64,000 bases of DNA. It comes from Longimicrobiales bacterium (GTDB taxonomy: Bacteria > Gemmatimonadota > Gemmatimonadetes > Longimicrobiales > Gaopeijiaceae). Below, in pieces: positions 51,501-57,975 of the stretch. The notes beneath the pieces are model-generated. The model ran no database searches and was not told the DNA's origin. It worked only from the letters and a program-made list of their open reading frames with translations. Position 1 is the first letter of the stretch, and each line of letters begins with the position of its first letter. The stretch covers positions 544,001-608,000 of the forward strand of contig OZ220732.1 in NCBI GenBank assembly GCA_965116905.1. The letters are read 5' to 3'. The position numbers were made by a program, and so were the translations under genes.

Positions 51501-51944
51501 CTCGGGCGAAGTGTAGAGGTTGTCGTTGCCGCGGGTAATCTGGGTCGTGTCGGAGCCGTCGGTGCTCAGGACCCAGAGGTTCTGGCCGCCGCTCCTGTCC
51601 GAGACGAAGACGATTTCGCTTCCGTCGGGGCTGAAGCGCGGCTGGCTCTCGAAGGCGGGGCCGGTGAGGAGCGGGGTGGCGGCGCCGCCGTCGACGGGGA
51701 GCGTGTAGAGGTCGCCGAGCAAGTCGAAGACGAGGGTGGCGCCGTCCGGGCTGATGTCGACGGAGATCCAGGAGCCCTCGCTGGTGGTGAACCGGATCTC
51801 GCGGGTGGGCTCGAGGGGGAGGGAGGCGGTGGCGAGGGAGTCGGCCTGCGCCGCGGTGCCGGCGGACTCCTGGGCGTGGGCGGGCGCCGCCGGGAGGGAC
51901 GCGATAAATGCGATGGCGACGAAGGTGAGGACGAGGCTCTTCAT
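48537..51944 (-). CDS. Secreted amidohydrolase with N-terminal PD40/TolB-like propellers
   Basis: Repeated P-x-F/W-S-P-D-G; PGFVDTHAH, GSHGQLQG and GSIEPGKLADL motifs; signal ending AHAQ. Confidence 0.9.
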   Translation of the reverse strand: MKSLVLTFVAIAFIASLPAAPAHAQESAGTAAQADSLATASLPLEPTREIRFTTSEGSWISVDISPDGATLVFDLLGDLYTLPVDGGAATPLLTGPAFESQPRFSPDGSEIVFVSDRSGGQNLWVLSTDGSDTTQITRGNDNLYTSPEWSPDGQYLVASRTFSPLGGAAKPWLFHRDGGSGIALIDEPEQLKAIGAAFDPTGRYIYLAQGTRDWTYDAAFPKYQLVRYDRETGRSPTVTGRYGSGFRPAVSPDGATLVYGSRHEDATGLRARDLATGNERWLVYPVQRDDMESRATLDLLPGYAFTPDGTALIASYGGRLWRVPLDAGETNAGETDANEPTEIPFTADVVIHAGPRLDFDYPVEDTPTFRARQIREVALSPDGGTVAFTALGQLYVMEAGGGVPRRIGAEVDGAVFHPAWSPDGETLAAVSWREPDGGHLWEIPANGDGARRVSDAARYLQSPAWSPDGDRIVALQRPVRARLQGAGGGGQADIVWYGAGSGAPAAATIVAEALGRSQPHFRTDQPDRIYLHAGTRGLVSIRWDGTDEKEHLKVTGFSANRSGPPANASSIRVSPAGGRALAKVGNDLYLVTVPQVGAEAPTVSVRSPSGAAVPVTRITESGGEFQSWSSDGTEAVWALGNAYFRYNLADAEAFADSVEAAEAAESDEADPADAADPAATDDPAASSSSNPRYQPTEVRVALDVPRDLPTGTLLLSGARVITMRGDDVIERGDILIDGHRIAAVGPSGTLSVPDGAEVRDVSGMTITPGFVDTHAHLRPPAGVHTTQPWGYLANLAFGVTTTRDPQTGVSDVLTYADRVRSGDILGPRIFSTGPGVFGNYQALEGIRDLDHARNVLRRYSDYYDTKTFKMYLSGNRQQRQWLVMAARELELMPTTEAGLDYQADLTHAMDGYPGIEHNVPIYPLYHDVVRLFSATKVLNTPTLIVSFGGPMGEIYWFTTEDVLGNERLVRFTPRETLDSRTRRRAGAAGSVAWAIDEEYVFEDHARFLADVVADGGFAGVGSHGQLQGLGFHWELWMVASGGMSNHDALKSATIFGANGIGLETELGSIEPGKLADLAILSRNPLDDLRNTELVEQVMINGRLFDAETLDEVWPRQRALGYRGFVEDEPGGGENR
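48551..48591. repeat. Right copy of 41-bp direct repeat (current 3' end of amidohydrolase gene)
   Basis: CACCCCCGGGCTCGTCCTCCACGAACCCGCGGTATCCCAGC. Confidence 0.95.
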
Positions 51945-51949
51945 TTCGG

Positions 51950-52414
51950 TTACTCCCCGAGGCTGTGGCGCCGACGCCGTTCCGGCACGCGAGGCACCGT
52001 CTCGAACCCGGCCTGAGAGAAATGGCGATCGGTCGTCAGGGCCCTGGCCAGACCCAGTTCCTGCATCACGACGAAGCTTGTGCAATCGGTAAACGAGAAG
52101 TCCCTGTCGGTCCACTCGAAGAAGCGCGTCCGGGCTTTCTCGGCCCGCGAGGCATCGATGCGTTCCCAGCGGATCCGGGAACTGGCGTCGATCTGGGCCC
52201 ACCACTCCTCGGCCGCACGCAGCCCCAGCCGAACCCGAATGAGCGTCAGCGTCTCGTCGATCACATAGTCGGTCGAGACCAGGATCCCCCCGCTCTCCAG
52301 GCACACGTCGCGTTCCCGACGGCTGGCTTGATGCGCCGGGTCAGCGGCGTCGGCCATGGCCATCCAGCCGGCCGTGTCGACGAAGAGCGCCCGGCCGCTC
52401 GGTGGGCTACTCAC
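51950..52414 (-). CDS. vapC: VapC/PIN-domain toxin
   Basis: LFVDTAGW, VIDETLTL, FSFTDCTSFVVM and TTDRHF motifs. Confidence 0.92.
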   Translation of the reverse strand: MSSPPSGRALFVDTAGWMAMADAADPAHQASRRERDVCLESGGILVSTDYVIDETLTLIRVRLGLRAAEEWWAQIDASSRIRWERIDASRAEKARTRFFEWTDRDFSFTDCTSFVVMQELGLARALTTDRHFSQAGFETVPRVPERRRRHSLGE

Positions 52415-52661
52415 CACCCCGACCATACAGAATCCGGTCGTGATCCGCAGAGATCAGCCCGTCGGTCGACTGGCCCACCGCTTCCGCCCCGTAGAGCGAA
52501 TCGTCCTCCAGGGGGCCGAGAGCGACTCCGCCATGCAGCGGCACGATCCGAAAGGCCGGGCGGCTCCGGTAGAGCACGGTGAAGTGCTCTCCGCGTTTCA
52601 CCCGCTCGATGACACGCCTCATTTCGTGCCGCAGCGTCTTGACGTTGATGGTGTTGGACAT
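52407..52661 (-). CDS. Phd/YefM family antitoxin
   Basis: INVKTLR...VIERVKRGEHFTVLYRSRP; C-terminal DHDRILYG; overlaps vapC start. Confidence 0.85.
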   Translation of the reverse strand: MSNTINVKTLRHEMRRVIERVKRGEHFTVLYRSRPAFRIVPLHGGVALGPLEDDSLYGAEAVGQSTDGLISADHDRILYGRGGE

Positions 52662-52803
52662 CGGCGAACCCCCGGACGCTGCCTGGTGAGCGACTAAAGA
52701 TAAACTTAAGATAACCTTTGGTGATTGGTTGCGCGCCAAGCTACCTCGATTCTAGCGTACTCCCCGAGAGCTTTCGATCCTGTCGCGCCGCAAAGGAGAT
52801 CCC

Positions 52804-52902
52804 ATGTCTACGTTCGTGCTGGTTCGTCGTGTCCAGGCATCGGACACCGAGGCGTGCGGATCTCGCACAGCACTTCCTGCGGAGCAGGGCGCTTGCCGCT
52901 AG
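52804..52902 (+). CDS. 32-aa upstream ORF (candidate erm leader peptide or frameshifted erm N-terminus)
   Basis: AAGGAG SD then ATG52804: MSTFVLVRRVQASDTEACGSRTALPAEQGACR*; out of frame with erm. Confidence 0.45.
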   Translation: MSTFVLVRRVQASDTEACGSRTALPAEQGACR

Positions 52903-53626
52903 CCTGATCGCTCAGGCCCCCGTCGAACGAAGCGACCTGGTCGTCGAGATCGGGCCGGGCCGCGGCATTCTCACTCGAGAACTGGCACGCCGCTGTCGCA
53001 AGGTCGTCGCGGTGGAGTTCGACGGAGTGCTGGCGGACGCGCTTCGCACACGCTTCCTGAGTGACAACCGCGTCACGATCGTCACGGCCGACATCCTGCG
53101 TTTTGGGCTGCCCGATGTCCCCTACAAGGTTCTGGGGAACATTCCGTTCAATCGGACCGCCGCGATCGTGCGGCGGCTCGCCCAGGCCGATGCTCCGCCA
53201 CAGGACGCCTATCTCGTGGTCCAGCGTGAAGCGGCGGAACGATTCGCCGGAGGTCCCTTTTCCCGGGAGACCCGGTCCTCGCTGTTGCTCAAGCCGTGGT
53301 GGCAAATCGAAATCGCGCGGCGCCTTCGCCGTACCGACTTCGATCCCCCTCCCTCCGTCGACGCCGTCGCCCTATGGCTTGCCCGTCGAACGAGGCCACT
53401 CGTGGACCGATCCCGGGCCGCGGACTACCGTCGCTTCATCCGGACTTGCTTCGGTCGCGATGGTCAGTCGATCAGACGATGTCTGCGACCCGAGTTCACG
53501 CGAACGCAGATCCACCGATTGAGTCGGGATCTGAGGTTCGATCCGTCGGGGCCACCTTCAAACCTCATCTTCGACCAATGGCTCGGGCTGTTCAGATTCC
53601 GCGGGCTCAGGCCGGACTCAGGATGA
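52829..53626 (+). CDS. erm: Erm-family 23S rRNA adenine-N6 methyltransferase
   Basis: AQHFL, EIGPGRGILT, GNIPFNRT, PWW, F-x-PPPSVD and DQWLGLF motifs (more Erm-like than KsgA-like); start uncertain. Confidence 0.75.
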   Translation: MSRHRTPRRADLAQHFLRSRALAASLIAQAPVERSDLVVEIGPGRGILTRELARRCRKVVAVEFDGVLADALRTRFLSDNRVTIVTADILRFGLPDVPYKVLGNIPFNRTAAIVRRLAQADAPPQDAYLVVQREAAERFAGGPFSRETRSSLLLKPWWQIEIARRLRRTDFDPPPSVDAVALWLARRTRPLVDRSRAADYRRFIRTCFGRDGQSIRRCLRPEFTRTQIHRLSRDLRFDPSGPPSNLIFDQWLGLFRFRGLRPDSG

Positions 53627-54778
53627 CCCAGGCCCGAATATCATCTTCACGATCTCGGGAACACCCAGTTCGTCCGTCGCCGCCCCCAACGCCACATCGC
53701 CGCGAATCGCGCCGTAGTCCAGAGCTACTTCCCGCGGCCAAGCCGCATTGAACAGCAGCTCGCCTCCGGCAGAGTAGACATGCGCTGTCGCGAGCGAGTC
53801 TCCGTCCTCGCCCCAGAGTTGAACCCAGAGCCGGTTGTCCTGATCGAACCACAGATCTTCTATTGGCGGCTTTCGCTCGGGGACTTCGAACGGTGCCCAC
53901 TCGACCGGTGTTGGCTGTTGCCGATAGGCGGCGGCGACGCTGTCCATCCGGGATTCCTCGCGTCGACGTTCCGCGGTCGACACGAGCGGCCCCGCACGGT
54001 CCCTGCGGATGGTGCCTGTCTGGACGCCCGCAGCGGTGAACAGGTCGACCTCATATAGCCAGGTGACGACCCTCGCGTATTCGCCGGCTGCCGAGGTGGC
54101 CAGCAGGTCGAACGGCGCGAACGGACCTGGGAGGGCTGGGTACATTACCTCGACTCGGCCGTCGCTGAAGGTCGCCGTCATCCAGTGGTGCCCCAGTTCC
54201 TCCGCATCCAGCGCCGCAGGCAGCGTGTCTTCACGCAGAACGGTCCCCGCCACGTCCAGCCAGACCCGAACACCGTGCAACCCCGTCTCGTACGAGCGCA
54301 GACCGACTTCACCATTCGGCGCGAACACCGGGGTGCTCCCCACTTCGTCGAACGACATCGACCTGACGTACGGCGCTCCGGCTACGGCGGGCGAAAAGAC
54401 CTCGTAGTCCCGGTACGTATTCACCCAGAGCTCACCACTCGGGGCGATGGCGACGCCCGAGACCTGCGAAAACTCCCCCGGACCTTCGCCGGTTCCGCCA
54501 ATCGTCCCGACAAACTGTCCATTCCCCGCATACAACGTGATCCGCGGGCCAATCCCGTCCGCAACCACAAATCGGGAATCGGGGAGTAGAGCCAGGTCTC
54601 TCACGTCGGCGAACAGGTAGTCCGGATCGTCCGTGTTCTTTCCCAAACGGAACTCGACGGACGCCACCCTTCGGTTCCCACGGATCGAGTCTTCGGATTC
54701 CCCCGCGCCGGTCGATTCCAACTCCGAATCGCAGGCCGCCGCAGCAACCATGATCAGGGCGCACCGGGCACACTGCAT
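53618..54778 (-). CDS. 6-bladed beta-propeller-like lipoprotein
   Basis: AAAAC lipobox-like; IGGTGEGPGEF; DQDNRLWV; C-terminal DELGVP. Confidence 0.75.
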   Translation of the reverse strand: MQCARCALIMVAAAACDSELESTGAGESEDSIRGNRRVASVEFRLGKNTDDPDYLFADVRDLALLPDSRFVVADGIGPRITLYAGNGQFVGTIGGTGEGPGEFSQVSGVAIAPSGELWVNTYRDYEVFSPAVAGAPYVRSMSFDEVGSTPVFAPNGEVGLRSYETGLHGVRVWLDVAGTVLREDTLPAALDAEELGHHWMTATFSDGRVEVMYPALPGPFAPFDLLATSAAGEYARVVTWLYEVDLFTAAGVQTGTIRRDRAGPLVSTAERRREESRMDSVAAAYRQQPTPVEWAPFEVPERKPPIEDLWFDQDNRLWVQLWGEDGDSLATAHVYSAGGELLFNAAWPREVALDYGAIRGDVALGAATDELGVPEIVKMIFGPGSS

Positions 54779-55188
54779 CAAAACAGCTCCTCCCCCGGCA
54801 GCCCCGACGCCTGTTCCAGCCAGCTGACCAGCAACTCCTCGTCGGGCTCGTCCCCCTCGTGGATGTGGAAGTACCGCACGTGCTCGTACTTGGAGGTCAC
54901 CGGAGGCACGGGCCGCAGCGAGCCGCCGTTGAGGAAGGTCACCTTGATGTACTTCGTGAAGCAGTGGAAGGAGAGGAACCAGCCCCGGTCCTCGATCCCG
55001 TAGAACGGCGAGTTCCACCGGACCGCCTTGCGGACCTCGGGCACGCTGCGCTCAACAAGCGCGTCGAGCTGGCGGCCGACCTCGCGCTTCCAGCCCGGCA
55101 TCGCCGCGATGTAGGCCTGCACGGGCCCGTCCCCGTCACCTTTCGGGATCTGCGGATTCCCGCCCGAGAGGAGTTTCGGCTTCCCCAC
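54778..55188 (-). CDS. DUF1801 (YdhG-like) protein
   Basis: VQAYIAAMPGWK, KAVRWNSPFYG and HCFTKYIKVTF motifs. Confidence 0.85.
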   Translation of the reverse strand: MGKPKLLSGGNPQIPKGDGDGPVQAYIAAMPGWKREVGRQLDALVERSVPEVRKAVRWNSPFYGIEDRGWFLSFHCFTKYIKVTFLNGGSLRPVPPVTSKYEHVRYFHIHEGDEPDEELLVSWLEQASGLPGEELF

Positions 55189-55228
55189 CGGAAGTCAGCC
55201 CGCCCTGGCCACAGCTCGCCGCCGACCC

Positions 55229-57256
55229 TCAGCTCGCCGCCGGCATCACCCGGTACTTCTCGAACCACGCCACGATGTTCGCGATCTTGGCCATCAGCTG
55301 ACTCGGGCGCCGGCTCATGTCGTGCGACGCGCCGGGCAGCCGGATCACCGCGGTGTCGATCCCGCGCATCTTGAGCGCGTGGAACATCTGGTAGGACTCG
55401 GACAGCGGCGTCCGCAGGTCTTCCTCGCCGGTGATGATCATCGTCGGCGTGGTCACGTTCCCGACCAGCGACAGCGGCGAGAACCTCCAGTACGGCTCCG
55501 GGTCCTCCCACGGCAGCCCCTCGTAGCGGCTGTGGTAGTAGCCGTACCAGTTGTCGGCAGTCAGCGTCTTGCTGATCCAGTTGACGACGGGCTTCTGAGA
55601 CACCGCCGCGCGGAACCGGTCCGTCTTGCCCACGATCCACGCGGTCATGATCCCGCCCGCGCTGCCACCGGTCACAAACAGGTTGTTCTCGTCGACGTAG
55701 CCTTCCGCAATCACCGCATCCACGCCCGAGATCAGGTCGTCGTAGTCCTGGCCGGGGTAGTTGTGGTAGAGCAGGTCGCCGAACTCTTCGCCGTAACTTG
55801 TGCTCCCCCTCGGGTTGGCATAGAGCACGACGTAGCCTGCGGAAGCCAGAAGCTGCATCTCGGCCGAGAACCTGTCGCCGTAGTTCGACACCGGCCCGCC
55901 GTGGATCTCCAGGATCAGGGGATAGCGACGATTCGCGTCGAAGTCGGGCGGCTTGACTATCCAGCCCTGGACCGGGCGTCCGTCGTAGGACGACTCCCAC
56001 CAGATCTCCTCGACCTCGCCGAGGGTCCTGTTGGCGAGCAGGTCGCTGTTGAGGTCGGTGATGGTGCGGGCGTCGGCGCCGGGCCTGCCCACCGCGAGTT
56101 CGCCGGGCATGTCCGGGCGGGTCTGGTTGAGCGCGAAGGTGCCGTCGTTCGCGACCGAGAACGAGCCGCCGCCATAGGGACGCCCGTACGAAGTGCCGCC
56201 CAGGTCGCCCGCGAGGACCTCGGTGTCGCCGTCGAGCGTGGCGAATCCGACCTTGGAGTTGCCCTCGTGGTCGTACTGGAAGTAGACGCCGCTGCCGTCG
56301 GCGGCCCACACGGGGCTGGAGACGCTGCGGTCGAGGCCGGCGGTGAGAGTGCGGTGGCCGCCGCCGTCCAGATTCATGACCTGCAGCCGGCTGACCTGGT
56401 AGGTGCGGGTGCGGTCCTCGTAGCCCACGAATGCGATCTGGCGGCCGTCCGGGGAGACTGCGGGGCTGCCGTCAGGGCCCGGGCGGTCGGTGAGCGCACG
56501 GATATCGCCGGTCTGCACCGAAGCGATGTACAACTCCGAGTTTCGGTAGTCGAGGACGTCCGGGTTGCGGTTCGCGGACAAGACGAGGTGGATCCCGTCG
56601 GGATGCCACGCGGCCGCGCTCGAGTGCTGAAAGTCACCCGACGTGACCTGCGTGGGGGTCCCGCCGTCGACCGGGATCACGAAGATGTGGCTGTAGCCGA
56701 AATCGAGGTACCCGACGCCGTCCTGACGGCTCTTGAAGCGGTCCTCCATGATCGGCGGAGCGGCCCACTCGGCGCCCGCAGGCGGCCTCGGCGGCGTGGC
56801 CAGGCTCGGCGGCGGATACGGCACCAGCATGTTGAACGCGATGTGGCGGCCGTCCGGCGACCAGCGCAACCCGCTCGGCGATTCGGTGAGCTGGGTGAGC
56901 GCCGCGGTCTCGCCCGTGTCCATCCAGCGCAGGTGGATCTGGCCGCCGGCGGTGTAGGCGATGCGCGTGCCATCGGGCGACCAGCGCGGGGAGCCGCCTT
57001 CGCCCAGGCGGCGGTGGTCGGAGCCGTCGGCGTCGATGATCCACAGCTCGGAGCGCTTGCGGTCCCGCATGATGTCCATCGCAGTGCGGATGTACACGAC
57101 CTGGCTGCCGTCGGGCGAGATCTGCGGGTCGGCCGCGTACTCGAGCTGGAAGACGTCCATGGGCTCGAAGCGGGACTGGGCGTGGGTGGGGGCGGCGGGC
57201 GCGGCCGCGGCGGCTGCGGCAACGAGGGTGGCGACGAGGAAGGTGCGGTTGGTCAT
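55229..57256 (-). CDS. Secreted S9 family peptidase (acylaminoacyl/dipeptidyl peptidase-like)
   Basis: IHGGP, NPRGS, GGSAGG (Ser), DLRTP (Asp) and ASH (His) motifs; signal ending THAQ. Confidence 0.95.
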   Translation of the reverse strand: MTNRTFLVATLVAAAAAAAPAAPTHAQSRFEPMDVFQLEYAADPQISPDGSQVVYIRTAMDIMRDRKRSELWIIDADGSDHRRLGEGGSPRWSPDGTRIAYTAGGQIHLRWMDTGETAALTQLTESPSGLRWSPDGRHIAFNMLVPYPPPSLATPPRPPAGAEWAAPPIMEDRFKSRQDGVGYLDFGYSHIFVIPVDGGTPTQVTSGDFQHSSAAAWHPDGIHLVLSANRNPDVLDYRNSELYIASVQTGDIRALTDRPGPDGSPAVSPDGRQIAFVGYEDRTRTYQVSRLQVMNLDGGGHRTLTAGLDRSVSSPVWAADGSGVYFQYDHEGNSKVGFATLDGDTEVLAGDLGGTSYGRPYGGGSFSVANDGTFALNQTRPDMPGELAVGRPGADARTITDLNSDLLANRTLGEVEEIWWESSYDGRPVQGWIVKPPDFDANRRYPLILEIHGGPVSNYGDRFSAEMQLLASAGYVVLYANPRGSTSYGEEFGDLLYHNYPGQDYDDLISGVDAVIAEGYVDENNLFVTGGSAGGIMTAWIVGKTDRFRAAVSQKPVVNWISKTLTADNWYGYYHSRYEGLPWEDPEPYWRFSPLSLVGNVTTPTMIITGEEDLRTPLSESYQMFHALKMRGIDTAVIRLPGASHDMSRRPSQLMAKIANIVAWFEKYRVMPAAS

Positions 57257-57339
57257 GGCATTACTGTGGCTCGGGAATCGGGTGGAGTGTCCCCAAGGTT
57301 CCCAACAAAGGCGTGGCGGGCAACCGGGGGGGAAGCGAA

Positions 57340-57600
57340 TCAACGCGCCCGGTACGCCTCGCCCCGGCTCCGCACACGCACCACCAGAATCACCAATTCG
57401 CCGTCCAACACCTCGTACAGGACCCTATAGCGGCCGACCCTAATCCGGCGAAGTCCTCGCAATTCCCCCTTCAGCGCAGTCCCCGCGAGGGGCTGGTTGC
57501 CCAGTCCGTCGATCGCCCGCACGATGCGAACCCGATCAGCGCGGGGGATCCTGGCCAGCTCCCTGGCAGCGCTGCGCTTAATCCGAATCGAGTAGCTCAC
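57340..57600 (-). CDS. relE: RelE/ParE family toxin
   Basis: SAARELARI, RRIRVGRYRVLY and VRVRSRGEAY motifs. Confidence 0.92.
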   Translation of the reverse strand: MSYSIRIKRSAARELARIPRADRVRIVRAIDGLGNQPLAGTALKGELRGLRRIRVGRYRVLYEVLDGELVILVVRVRSRGEAYRAR

Positions 57601-57799
57601 GCCTGACTTCGTCCCAATCGAGAACGGGATCAGAGGGATCGCGAAGTCGTTCCAGGGCTACGGCAATATCGTCGTAGTCCGCCAGATAGCGCTGCAACGC
57701 CTCGCGGACGACCTGCGCGCGGCTTCGCCTTAGGCGCGCCGCGGCCTCATCCAGCGCATCGACAACCGGCTGGGGTACTCGTGCGGTAATCTGGCTCAT
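57578..57799 (-). CDS. CopG/RHH family antitoxin
   Basis: ITARVP...RSRAQVVREAL; C-terminal WDEVRREL; overlaps toxin start. Confidence 0.88.
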   Translation of the reverse strand: MSQITARVPQPVVDALDEAAARLRRSRAQVVREALQRYLADYDDIAVALERLRDPSDPVLDWDEVRRELLDSD

Positions 57800-57817
57800 G
57801 TGCTTTCCCAGGGTGCA

Positions 57818-57858
57818 GTAATGTCATCGCAATTGATGTCATGTGATGTAATGGCATT
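57818..57858. promoter_or_regulatory. Operator-like repeats upstream of RHH antitoxin
   Basis: AT-rich run with ATGTCAT x2, ATGTAAT and ATGGCAT. Confidence 0.5.
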
Positions 57859-57975
57859 CAACCATGCGATCGAATGACCTCCGTTGTCAAGTGGATGGTC
57901 GTGTCTCGCAGCGATGGACTCGTGGCGTTACGATGCTGCCAAGGTCAGCCAGGCACCCCGTCGTCCAGGATCGAT

